From positions 1,149-65,148 of the forward strand of contig JAIBAK010000007.1 of the NCBI GenBank assembly GCA_019695215.1: a DNA stretch of 64,000 nucleotides, in the 5' to 3' direction. Below the pieces are notes generated by a model. The model did no database searches. It was not told the origin of the DNA and was given only the letters and a program-made list of their open reading frames with translations. The translations under genes were made by a program, and so were the position numbers. Below, one piece after another: positions 10,327-18,881 of the stretch. Source of the stretch: Bacteroidia bacterium (lineage in GTDB: Bacteria > Bacteroidota > Bacteroidia > UKL13-3). Every line of letters starts with the position of its first letter. Position 1 is the stretch's first letter.

Positions 10327-10482
10327 CTACAGAGAATTTGAGCTGGGATTACAATTACACCCACTTTGCGGCACATCGCAACAATCAGTAAACACCTTTT
10401 TGTATAAGGTGGTGGCATGATTAGTACAGAAAAGAGAACCCGAAATTGTAATTAAAAGCATGACCAAATAAATTCTTTTCAT
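10327..10482 (-). CDS. Unannotated 51-aa fusion ORF, copy 2: MKRIYLVMLLITISGSLFCTNHATTLYKKVFTDCCDVPQSGCNCNPSSNSL
   Basis: Same architecture as 8834-8989. The stop TAG at 10327-10329 is followed by 2 nt and then the E3 ATG. Confidence 0.6.
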   Translation of the reverse strand: MKRIYLVMLLITISGSLFCTNHATTLYKKVFTDCCDVPQSGCNCNPSSNSL

Positions 10483-10563
10483 ATGCTAAACTTTAAGATT
10501 ACAGTCAAAGTTGAGAATAATATTTCACATTCGCAACTCTTTTTAAAATCGTCAACTAAGATG
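10426..10563 (-). promoter_or_regulatory. Conserved upstream block, copy 3, with the core motif at 10545-10562
   Basis: Aligned with copies 1 and 2. Confidence 0.5.
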
Positions 10564-10612
10564 CATATATTGTTACAAGCGTTATTTTGACCAATACCTC
10601 AAAAATGTATGC

Positions 10613-11086
10613 TTATTTATTAGGTGGTAGAATAAAATAATTAGTTAAAAAGATTCTGAAGCATTCAATTTGAGCACCCACTGCTCCAATATCCGCATCA
10701 GTATTATAAAAAGAAGGATTTTGCACCACACTACAAAACGACTCATAAAGCGACCTGTGAGAATTGGTATTATATTGTTGTTCAACTTGAGCAAAAACAG
10801 AGTCAAGTGTATTTTTTTTAATCAACCTGACTAACGGGGTGCCCTTGTTATAAAGAGAAAGATATAAGTCAAAGTACTCCTCATGAATAGTATCTCCATT
10901 AGTTGAACTTTTGTGATAAACTTTGAACAAATCTTTAAATACATTGAACGACTTAGTATCCCTTTCTAATTTTATTGCAACTCTGGGAAGTAGCGTATCA
11001 TTCAAGCAAACGAGTCTTTCCTGCGGATAGCAGATAGCTATATGGTGCAAACTGCCAAAAAGGAAGATGAAAAATAAATGCTTCAT
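10613..11086 (-). CDS. Hypothetical secreted protein with a signal peptide, preceded by a fourth copy of the AAAATCGTCAACTAAGAT motif. Possibly an orphan immunity-like gene.
   Basis: MKHLFFIFLFGSLHHIAICYPQ is a signal peptide. The motif at 11148-11165 lies 62 nt upstream of the ATG. Confidence 0.5.
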   Translation of the reverse strand: MKHLFFIFLFGSLHHIAICYPQERLVCLNDTLLPRVAIKLERDTKSFNVFKDLFKVYHKSSTNGDTIHEEYFDLYLSLYNKGTPLVRLIKKNTLDSVFAQVEQQYNTNSHRSLYESFCSVVQNPSFYNTDADIGAVGAQIECFRIFLTNYFILPPNK

Positions 11087-11222
11087 TTTAATCCCATAAA
11101 GTGAATAATACTAATGCAAGCTACTAAAAGAGCAGCGCATTTCATATAAAATCGTCAACTAAGATAGACGCCCTGTTTATAACCCAATGCCTGAGTTAAA
11201 GCAATAACCTTAATTTTGCAAA

Positions 11223-11522
11223 GTGCAGGTAAGGGAAAAAATACAGCAGCATAAGTTCAAAATCATCACTCTGGTGTTTTTGGTATGGATGACTTTTTTT
11301 GATAAAAACAATTTTATCGACCAGTACCACCTGCGTGCGCAGTACCAAAGTATTGTTGACGAACGCGATTATTACGTTACCCAGATTGAGCAGGCCAAAA
11401 AAGAACGCGAACAGCTTTTTACCAATAGCGAGGCTCTTGAAAAATTTGCCCGCGAAAAATACCATATGAAAAAGGATGATGAAGAAGTCTTCATCATGGT
11501 GCAGCCTGAAAAGAAAAAATAA
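11223..11522 (+). CDS. ftsB: Septum formation initiator family protein (FtsB/DivIC-like)
   Basis: A single TM helix (IITLVFLVWMTFFDKNNF), then a coiled coil, then the conserved LEKFAREKYHMKKDDEEVF tail. Confidence 0.7.
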   Translation: MQVREKIQQHKFKIITLVFLVWMTFFDKNNFIDQYHLRAQYQSIVDERDYYVTQIEQAKKEREQLFTNSEALEKFAREKYHMKKDDEEVFIMVQPEKKK

Positions 11523-11609
11523 TTCCACTTTTTACCGGTTTTAGTTTTGGTTGTTTATCCGGCAAAATGAAACGACATTTGTTTTGTTTCTTTTTTAACA
11601 CAACTCATC

Positions 11610-12674
11610 ATGAAAAAAGCACTTCTTTTTATCATCGGTTTATATGCAGGCTGCCTGTGTGCGCTTGCCCAATTACCCAAAATTAAGTTACCGGCAGGCT
11701 CAGGTGCCATGGCTGCTGCTGCTGTACCCGGACCGGGCTCATACCATGCAGCACGTCCGGTAAATCCTAAAATCAACAATATTTTGCCCCGCTATTACAC
11801 AGCAACCGATGGAATGAATTACACCGCTGCCGAGGCTCCATCGGGCGAGTTGCAACTGAATAACTTTGATAAAATTCTTTTCGGTAAAGCACGTATAGAT
11901 AAAAATGGGTCGGCTGCCCAGCTTAGCACCACATTTAATGCAGGCGAAAGTATTTACGGACGTGCGTTTATGCGCACCTGCATGATGAACTACAAAACGT
12001 ACGGTACCCAAATGAATACCGACCCGCACAAATGTTTCGATGGCCGGTTTGAAGTAAACTATTCCATTGACGGAAAAGACATGGGTGTATTTATGACCAA
12101 CAGCCTTGACGGGGAACTGGAAAACAAAACAACCTTTACCATTATTGTGGTGGGCACCGGTGACGATGCACAGGCCAATAATGAAGCGTTTATTCAGGTA
12201 CTAAACAACCTTACCGATGGCAGCCACACCATACGCATGGTGGTGTGGGCCACACAAGGTCAATTCATTTCGGTTGACCCTGTAGCCATGGGAGAATTTA
12301 TCTATGTAAAAGGTGCCGGTTCAGGCAAAGTGGGTTTAGGGCGAAACTTCAGTTCGGTAAAAGATGAAATGCCCGACAATGCCGCGCTCAAAGCAAAATG
12401 TTTGAAAAAACTAAACGACCATGCCAAAGCCAACGGATGGAAAGAAACTTTTACCGAAGTAAAAATTACCGATGAAGACTGGAGCACGTTGCGCAATGAA
12501 GTGACCTCAGTAATTACCGGCCGCATCATAAATATTGCCGCCAAAGCTACCTGGCCCGATGGACATTGCACCTACCAGACTTTTAGCATGTTTTCGGATT
12601 ATGACGGAGCGGCTTATTCAAATGTGGTTTCGGTGCGCGGCATTGGCGAACAAACGAAAATAGATTGCAACTAG
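11610..12674 (+). CDS. Hypothetical secreted protein
   Basis: MKKALLFIIGLYAGCLCALAQ is a signal peptide. A long ORF with no recognisable motif. Confidence 0.5.
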   Translation: MKKALLFIIGLYAGCLCALAQLPKIKLPAGSGAMAAAAVPGPGSYHAARPVNPKINNILPRYYTATDGMNYTAAEAPSGELQLNNFDKILFGKARIDKNGSAAQLSTTFNAGESIYGRAFMRTCMMNYKTYGTQMNTDPHKCFDGRFEVNYSIDGKDMGVFMTNSLDGELENKTTFTIIVVGTGDDAQANNEAFIQVLNNLTDGSHTIRMVVWATQGQFISVDPVAMGEFIYVKGAGSGKVGLGRNFSSVKDEMPDNAALKAKCLKKLNDHAKANGWKETFTEVKITDEDWSTLRNEVTSVITGRIINIAAKATWPDGHCTYQTFSMFSDYDGAAYSNVVSVRGIGEQTKIDCN

Positions 12675-12675
12675 C

Positions 12676-13413
12676 TTGATTATTCTCCCTTCTGTTTTTG
12701 ATACCTCATACGGCATAGTAGCTGCACAAAGCACCCGTTTGGGTGGGGTGAGCCTCGCCCCTTTTTTCTCTCTTAATCTGGGCCTGTCGGTAAACGATAA
12801 GGAAGAACACGTAAAGCAAAACAAGGAGTTGTTTTTCGGTAAACTGGGAATTGCTTCTTCACGTATTTGCACCCAGCATCAGGTACACGGATGTGAAGTA
12901 CACATAACCAATGAGCCGGGACATCACAAAGGATTTGATGCACAGATTACCAATAAACGAAATTTGTTTTTGGCAGTATCTGTTGCCGATTGTACTCCCA
13001 TTCTTATTTATGATACCAAAAACCATGCGGTAGCCGCCATTCATGCCGGATGGAGAGGAACCGTTGCGCAAATTGTAACCCGCACCCTGCATAAAATGCA
13101 GAAAGAATACGGCACCGAAGGGAAAAACTGCTTTGCTTTTATTGGGGCTTGCATTTCGCAAAAGCACTTTGAAGTAGGTGAAGAAGTAGCCGCGCAGTTT
13201 GATGAGCCGCTCAAATATTTTGATGCAGCCAAACACAGATGGAAAGTGGATTTAAAAGCAGCCAACCGACAACAATTGCTTGCATTCGGACTAAAGGAAA
13301 GTCATATAGAAGTGAGCCACTATTGCACGGTTGAACACAATGAACTATTTTTTTCGCACCGAAAAGAAAACGGCACCACGGGCCGAATGATGGCGGTGAT
13401 AGGAATGAAATGA
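12676..13413 (+). CDS. pgeF: Peptidoglycan editing factor PgeF (YfiH/DUF152, purine nucleoside phosphorylase / laccase-domain protein)
   Basis: The RLGGVS, QVHG, ADCTPIL, AIHAGWRG and FSHRKENG-TGR motifs are diagnostic of the YfiH family. Confidence 0.85.
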   Translation: MIILPSVFDTSYGIVAAQSTRLGGVSLAPFFSLNLGLSVNDKEEHVKQNKELFFGKLGIASSRICTQHQVHGCEVHITNEPGHHKGFDAQITNKRNLFLAVSVADCTPILIYDTKNHAVAAIHAGWRGTVAQIVTRTLHKMQKEYGTEGKNCFAFIGACISQKHFEVGEEVAAQFDEPLKYFDAAKHRWKVDLKAANRQQLLAFGLKESHIEVSHYCTVEHNELFFSHRKENGTTGRMMAVIGMK

Positions 13414-14118
13414 TTACAGCACTTTAAACCGGTAACCTAATCTGAATTCAGGAATAAAACTTTTTAAACTTCCGTAAAACTCCAAATTTCCAAGATTTAT
13501 TCCGGGAAAATAAAGCCCAAAGCTTGCGGTTACATTCTTTCGCAGAATTCCTGTTCGCAAATTCATGGCATTGGAAGAAAAAAAATAACCAATAATTCGA
13601 ATATCTCTGTTTACCGAGTCGGGGGCAAAATCCCATTGACCTGCAACCTTAGTTCCACGAAAAAACTCATTAGTACCAAGCGAAAAATACAAGAGGTTTT
13701 CATTCTTAAGCTTTATGTATTTGGTAATCTCTATATGAATATCCATTACAGGCGCCCACTTGTTGTAATCAAACCTTGAAGATATCAATTTACCTGTGCT
13801 GTCTCGCTTTTCCTCAATTCGAAAAGCATCATAAAGTTTAGCTACCCTTCCGGTTGCTCCAATAGTAAATGCCAATTGCCACGGATTGTATTTTAATTCA
13901 ACACCTCCGTTTATTCCAAAACCTGTATTTCTTTCTCTATAAAAGGAAACTATACTTGGAGTATGCATATTGACTCCTGATGGTTCAGGGCCAAAAGTAG
14001 TAGGCCGGTTTATTACCTGTAACGAAGCATAAACCAAGAACTTAGGTGATTTGGAAGTTTGTTGCCCTGAAGCCGATATCGAAACCAAACATATTAGGTA
14101 AAGGTAATTTTTCATCAT
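13414..14118 (-). CDS. Hypothetical protein with a signal peptide, possibly an outer-membrane beta-barrel
   Basis: MMKNYLYLICLVSISASGQQ. Alternating hydrophobic pattern with a C-terminal aromatic residue. Confidence 0.45.
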   Translation of the reverse strand: MMKNYLYLICLVSISASGQQTSKSPKFLVYASLQVINRPTTFGPEPSGVNMHTPSIVSFYRERNTGFGINGGVELKYNPWQLAFTIGATGRVAKLYDAFRIEEKRDSTGKLISSRFDYNKWAPVMDIHIEITKYIKLKNENLLYFSLGTNEFFRGTKVAGQWDFAPDSVNRDIRIIGYFFSSNAMNLRTGILRKNVTASFGLYFPGINLGNLEFYGSLKSFIPEFRLGYRFKVL

Positions 14119-14166
14119 GGATATTTATTCCATGACGCGCAACCGAGAAATAAGTTGCAAGTGATT

Positions 14167-14820
14167 TTACTTCTGTTTAAATCCTCCGGCTTTCCAGGTT
14201 TTAAAGAAGCTCGACCAGGCCAGCGGGTCGAGCACGCGAATAGGTGGCGCCTGCCCCAGGTAATAATACTTGGCGGCTTCGTAATTCATCATGGTGCGCT
14301 GGCTTTCACGTCCGTCAATGGGCATAGTACGCTGCAGTTTGGCTAACTTTTCTTTATCGGTATTGGCTAATGCCTGTGAGTATTCATCAATTTGTCCGGT
14401 GGCTAAAAAACGGTCTATTTCTTCCTTACTTGGCCATGGCCTGATAACGGTTTCGTTCAGGTAAATGGTGTCTTCGCGCATCAGTTGTATCCACGAGTAT
14501 TTAGGTGTGCTCAAATCTTTTGGTATTACGGTGTACATGGTTTTGTACCCAATAGCACGGAACATAATGGAATCACCGGCACGCGCTACAAAATTAAAAA
14601 ACCCATCCCCGTCAGCCATGCTGCCTTTGGTGGTTCCTACAATGGTGATTGAAGCATATGAAACGGCTTTGAGGCTATCGTGCGATAATACAATCCCTGA
14701 AAACTGAATATACTTTGGAGAAGTGCCTGCAGGTTTTGTTTCACCATTATTTCCATTTTGGGCAAATGCTGCTGCCATTCCTCCTACCAATAACCAATAT
14801 GCTAAAATGAGCCTGCTCAT
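14167..14820 (-). CDS. Carboxypeptidase-regulatory-like domain protein
   Basis: Signal peptide, then SGIVLSHDSLKAVSYASITIVGTTKGSMADGDGFFNF, a pattern typical of CarbopepD_reg_2. Confidence 0.55.
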   Translation of the reverse strand: MSRLILAYWLLVGGMAAAFAQNGNNGETKPAGTSPKYIQFSGIVLSHDSLKAVSYASITIVGTTKGSMADGDGFFNFVARAGDSIMFRAIGYKTMYTVIPKDLSTPKYSWIQLMREDTIYLNETVIRPWPSKEEIDRFLATGQIDEYSQALANTDKEKLAKLQRTMPIDGRESQRTMMNYEAAKYYYLGQAPPIRVLDPLAWSSFFKTWKAGGFKQK

Positions 14821-14876
14821 AGAATTAATTTTCGACAGTCAAAGTTAGCCATTTTAGTGCCAGTAAACTAACGGCA

Positions 14877-16094
14877 TTAAAAAATAAAACCGCACAAAAT
14901 AGTAATGGCCACCACAATGGGCGGAGACAATCGGAAAAAATACAATACGGCCGAGGTAAGTGCCACAATAATCAGGTTAAGGGAACTAAATCCAAGTGGT
15001 TCAAAAAGCAAATAAGCGGATGCCACAACCAGTCCGGCCGATGAGGCATTGATGCCCGAAATAGCCTTTTGAATGCGCGGATGCCCCTTGAACTGATCCC
15101 AGATAGGATAAAGAAAAAAGATGAGTAAAATGCCCGGCAAAAAAATACCAATGCTCCCTACTACCGAGCCCAGTAAAATACCCGATGTTCCCCAGTGGCT
15201 CATGCTCATACCGCAGGCAAAAGACGAAAAGCTAAACACCGGCCCCGGAATAGATTGCAATAATCCAAGTCCGGTAATAAAGTCCTGTGCACTCATGTAC
15301 TCCCTAAAGTTTACAAACTGTTCGTAAATCATTGGAATAAGCACATTGCCTCCGCCAAATACAATGCTGCCGTAGCGATACGTGTTTTCAAATAACAGAA
15401 ACGGCCTTGCAGCTATTTGTCCGTAGTTTGATTTAACGTATGCTGCCACTGCTGCCGATATCAGAAAAATAGAAACAAAGAGAATAAAATTATCCCAACG
15501 CACATTGGTAATCCGGTAATAACCTTCTAATTTTTTCTTATCGGTAAAATTGGAAACAATGCCGCCAAAAATTAAAATGATTGGGAAAACCAGCGGAGTG
15601 CGCATAAAAATAGCAGCCTGTGCGGCAATTATAAGCAACAGCAACTCGGTAATGGTTTTGGCAAACAGCTGACCGATGCTTACAGCGGCATACACCATAA
15701 ACCCGATGGCCATGGGCTGAATATACTTGAGGAAACTTAAATTGATTGACGAATGCCCGTAGGAGCTTAATAAAACGGCAAGTAAAAACATGATAACGCA
15801 GGCCGGCAAAATCCAAACACCCAGAGTAAGAAAAGCCAGCATTGGACCTCCTAATTTAAATCCGATAGCCGTAACAGTTTGGGTAGATGTGGGACCGGGC
15901 AACATCTGGCAAAAGGAGTTGAGTTCTTTCAAATCCTCCTCGGTGATATAATGTTTTTTGGTTACTAACCGTTTTAAAAACTGCACAAAATGTACCTGAG
16001 GCCCGCCAAAGGCAGTGAGCGATAAAACAAATACGTCCTTCAGAAAAACAAGCTGCTTCAGCTTTCTGATGCGTATATTTGTATGCCGGGTCAA
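14877..16094 (-). CDS. chrA: Chromate transporter (ChrA family)
   Basis: LKDVFVLSLTAFGGPQVHF ... LPGPTSTQ and the second repeat FGGGNVLIP ... LLQSIPGPVFSF give the duplicated ChrA signature. Multi-TM. Confidence 0.85.
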   Translation of the reverse strand: MTRHTNIRIRKLKQLVFLKDVFVLSLTAFGGPQVHFVQFLKRLVTKKHYITEEDLKELNSFCQMLPGPTSTQTVTAIGFKLGGPMLAFLTLGVWILPACVIMFLLAVLLSSYGHSSINLSFLKYIQPMAIGFMVYAAVSIGQLFAKTITELLLLIIAAQAAIFMRTPLVFPIILIFGGIVSNFTDKKKLEGYYRITNVRWDNFILFVSIFLISAAVAAYVKSNYGQIAARPFLLFENTYRYGSIVFGGGNVLIPMIYEQFVNFREYMSAQDFITGLGLLQSIPGPVFSFSSFACGMSMSHWGTSGILLGSVVGSIGIFLPGILLIFFLYPIWDQFKGHPRIQKAISGINASSAGLVVASAYLLFEPLGFSSLNLIIVALTSAVLYFFRLSPPIVVAITILCGFIF

Positions 16095-16101
16095 CTGAAA
16101 A

Positions 16102-16734
16102 ATGAATTTAAAATTCCGTTACGAAGGTACATTACCACCGATAAAATTATTAATAAAAGGCAAAATGCCAAAAAATATCATTTTGTTAGCCCTGTTACTT
16201 AGTGCCGGGTGGATGAGTTGCAAAAGTCCTGCGCAAAAATTTGCCACCGAAACCACTCAATTAGACAGCATTCGCAAGCAATTAAACACCATGAAAGTGT
16301 GGTTTATGGTAGATGAACGAAAAGTGAGTAAACGGTTTGACCACCTGCAGCAACAGGACAGCCTTATTCAATTAACCAACCTGGCCCAAAGGCTGCCAGA
16401 AGATTTAGGACTGGCAATTGAAGAATTCAGAGCCATCCCTGAAATCTATAAAAACTACCTGAACCTTTTTAAACAGCAGCAACAGCAACTCGATTCGCTT
16501 GTGCAAAGCACGGATAGCTTACAAAACCTGTTGTACAGCGAAACCATTGGACGAAGAAAATTCAGGGAATTGTTTGGGGCGCATCAGTTAGCTGTAAACC
16601 TCCTGCAACAGCAAGTTGAAGCCACCGTAAAAAAAACCATAGAGGTAGAACCCACGTATAAGCGCATTCAGCCTCATATCGACTCGCTGGAGCGCTTTTC
16701 GGTTACGCCTGGGCAGTTGGCCCCCCGAAAGTAA
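16102..16734 (+). CDS. Hypothetical lipoprotein or secreted coiled-coil protein, Gln-rich
   Basis: Signal peptide with a Cys (LLSAGWMSC), then Q-rich heptad-like sequence. Confidence 0.45.
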   Translation: MNLKFRYEGTLPPIKLLIKGKMPKNIILLALLLSAGWMSCKSPAQKFATETTQLDSIRKQLNTMKVWFMVDERKVSKRFDHLQQQDSLIQLTNLAQRLPEDLGLAIEEFRAIPEIYKNYLNLFKQQQQQLDSLVQSTDSLQNLLYSETIGRRKFRELFGAHQLAVNLLQQQVEATVKKTIEVEPTYKRIQPHIDSLERFSVTPGQLAPRK

Positions 16735-17017
16735 GCGGAAGCGGAATATCCTCCTGCACCTTAATGGTACCAAAATTCTCCTCAAACTTGATGATATTAT
16801 CACTTAGGGCCATTAACAGGCGCTTGGCATGCATGGGGGTTAATAAAACCCTTGATTTAACTTTTGCCTTCGGAACTCCCGGCATAATGCGCACAAAGTC
16901 TATTACGAACTCGCTGTTTGAGTGAGTAATTATAGCCAGGTTAGAATAAGTTCCCTCGGCTATCTCTTCCGATAACTCAATATTGAGCTGATTCTGATTT
17001 TCGTTGTTGTTATCCAT
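16703..17017 (-). CDS. DUF3467-like small protein
   Basis: AEGTYSNLAIITHSNSEFVIDFVRIMPG and KSRVLLTPMHAKRLLMALSDNI is a conserved small-protein pattern. Confidence 0.5.
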   Translation of the reverse strand: MDNNNENQNQLNIELSEEIAEGTYSNLAIITHSNSEFVIDFVRIMPGVPKAKVKSRVLLTPMHAKRLLMALSDNIIKFEENFGTIKVQEDIPLPLTFGGPTAQA

Positions 17018-17100
17018 AATACAAAAGTAGCCTTTTTTTAGTTTGGTTACATATTCATGATAACGCGAGCATCATTGTTCGGAATAAGTATTAAACTGGC

Positions 17101-17157
17101 ATCTTGCCTGCATTGGTAAGCAGGATGCTTACGAATAGTAAACACGAGGTCGGGGCC
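17101..17157 (+). repeat. Left copy of a ~57-nt direct repeat flanking the ATPase/partner module. It contains a perfect 7-bp hairpin, GTAAGCA-GGA-TGCTTAC.
   Basis: ATCTTGCCTGCATTGGTAAGCAGGATGCTTACGAATAGTAAACACGAGGTCGGGGCC shares about 80% identity with 18882-18937. Confidence 0.8.
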
Positions 17158-17223
17158 CCGTGTTATCATATTTCCTTACTTGCGAAGGATCCAAATACAT
17201 ACAGTGATGAGTATTTGATAGGT

Positions 17224-17715
17224 TTATGGAAATTCTTTGATGAGTTGATCTATGATTTGCTTCAATTCCTTTATTTCCGAATCAATTTGCAAAAGTGAAT
17301 TTAGATATGCTTTAAGATGAAAATTTACTGAGGCATCTTGGCGTTTGCAAACATCTTTGTATGCAGAATAATCGTTAGGCAAACCAAATTCTCCAGTACT
17401 AATGTTATGAATGAGCCCTTCATCGTATGTCCATTTTTCAAAAATTGGATGAATAATTACAAACCGTTTTGATTGACCCATTCTTCGAATTTCAAGTGAC
17501 CCAATTCGCTTGTAGAACTGGTAATCCTCTTTTAATCTGTTTGGAGCTTGTTTATCTTTATCAATTAGAGCTATCCCAATTGAGTTATTATATCCAGGTG
17601 AATCAAGCGCTTTCAAAATATTTCCTACCCCTTCCTTGTGGTTTGCCTTTCTAAACCCTAGGACAGTAGTCAATGCAGTATTAGCATAACATTCTGGTAA
17701 TATCCTTAATTCCAT
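17224..17715 (-). CDS. Small partner protein of the ATPase, possibly a minimal TOPRIM-like fold
   Basis: Its start overlaps the ATPase stop (ATGA). An early Glu (LRILPECYA) is followed later by a hydrophobic strand and DxD (IGIALIDKDK), the order seen in TOPRIM/OLD-C/RloB-like partners. Confidence 0.5.
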   Translation of the reverse strand: MELRILPECYANTALTTVLGFRKANHKEGVGNILKALDSPGYNNSIGIALIDKDKQAPNRLKEDYQFYKRIGSLEIRRMGQSKRFVIIHPIFEKWTYDEGLIHNISTGEFGLPNDYSAYKDVCKRQDASVNFHLKAYLNSLLQIDSEIKELKQIIDQLIKEFP

Positions 17716-18791
17716 TAGTCAACAAATGCTTCATAGTTAATAAAAACGTCAGTCCCATAATTAAGCATTTCACCAATTTGCTTTTTAGTTAATTCCTTTA
17801 CTTCAGTTTGATAGTCTTTATACTTAGCAACAAATACTGCGCAATCTTTATAATCACAATGTTCAACCAAAGTACTTAATAGATAAGGACTATGCGTTGC
17901 AATAAAAAACTGATTAGATTCTGAATCAATCATTTCTCTAGCAATCCTATTAATATAAGGCGGGAAGCTATGGGCTTCCGGTTCCTCAAAAAGTAAAACA
18001 GAATCCTTATTAGATTTTATTGCGGACAGATAAAAAATTATTCTTCGCAAAGTATCAGCAATAAATTTGTATTCATATTTGTAAGATATTCCATCAACTC
18101 TTTTCTGTATTTCAAAAATATTTTCCTTTTGATCAATAAGGAATTCAAGCCCATACTCATCGAAAAACGAAGCAATCTCAGATCTTAGCTTTTTACTCTT
18201 AGTAAGTATCGTTAACAAATTATCTCCATCTGGTGTATTTAAAAAACTCGAGAAACTGTTCTCAAATGATTTTAGACGCTCATTAAATACATACTTTTTT
18301 ATTACCGTTTTTATTGTATGCGTATCCCTTGTTAAATTCAGGCTTCCATCAAAGGCAAGTTGTGAACCAGTAAATGGATAATTAACTATATCTAATCCAT
18401 TCTTACTTTCATTATATTGAGATAAAAATTTATCCCCTGATTTCTTGATATAGTTTTCATATAACAGCTCCATAAAATCAATATCCCCGGTGTACCAATC
18501 ATAACTATTAGAATTTGCCCTTTGACCAATAAAAGTTGCAATCAAATTTGTAAATATCTTTAGTGGTTTTGAGTCGTCATTATCATAGAACAATTGAAAA
18601 GGCTTATCAAACCTAATTATATCCTTTATTTGCCCATGACGTGAAAGTAAAGAAAGCGCTTCCAAGATATTACTTTTACCAACATTTGGCTTCCCAACAA
18701 ATACGTTTATTCGCTTGCATTTAATATCGATCTGCTTGACCGATTTGAAGTTTTCGATCTTAAGATAATGAATGTGCTTTTGAGCTACCAT
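17715..18791 (-). CDS. AAA_21/ABC-type ATPase (OLD/PARIS AriA/Septu PtuA-like N-terminal ATPase family)
   Basis: Walker A GKPNVGKSNILEAL, Walker B/D-loop LLFEEPEAHSFP, H-loop IATHSPYLL. Confidence 0.75.
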   Translation of the reverse strand: MVAQKHIHYLKIENFKSVKQIDIKCKRINVFVGKPNVGKSNILEALSLLSRHGQIKDIIRFDKPFQLFYDNDDSKPLKIFTNLIATFIGQRANSNSYDWYTGDIDFMELLYENYIKKSGDKFLSQYNESKNGLDIVNYPFTGSQLAFDGSLNLTRDTHTIKTVIKKYVFNERLKSFENSFSSFLNTPDGDNLLTILTKSKKLRSEIASFFDEYGLEFLIDQKENIFEIQKRVDGISYKYEYKFIADTLRRIIFYLSAIKSNKDSVLLFEEPEAHSFPPYINRIAREMIDSESNQFFIATHSPYLLSTLVEHCDYKDCAVFVAKYKDYQTEVKELTKKQIGEMLNYGTDVFINYEAFVD

Positions 18792-18881
18792 ACATCAAAA
18801 GTACAAAGAAATATTAATATTCAATAGGACTCTTTACCCGCATAACGTGAGCCTAATTGACTGTGATAAGCATAAACAGGC

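Noticed and set aside
11555-11779. Minus-strand 74-aa ORF upstream of the 354-aa secreted-protein gene
   Set aside because: Overlaps the start of the well-supported plus-strand gene and has no start context; likely spurious.
17104-17298. Plus-strand 64-aa ORF between the DUF3467 gene and the ATPase module
   Set aside because: It overlaps the left direct repeat and the 3' end of the minus-strand partner gene and has no coding signal. Similarly, 18821-19123 ORFs overlie the right repeat, the hairpin repeat and the rpoC terminator.
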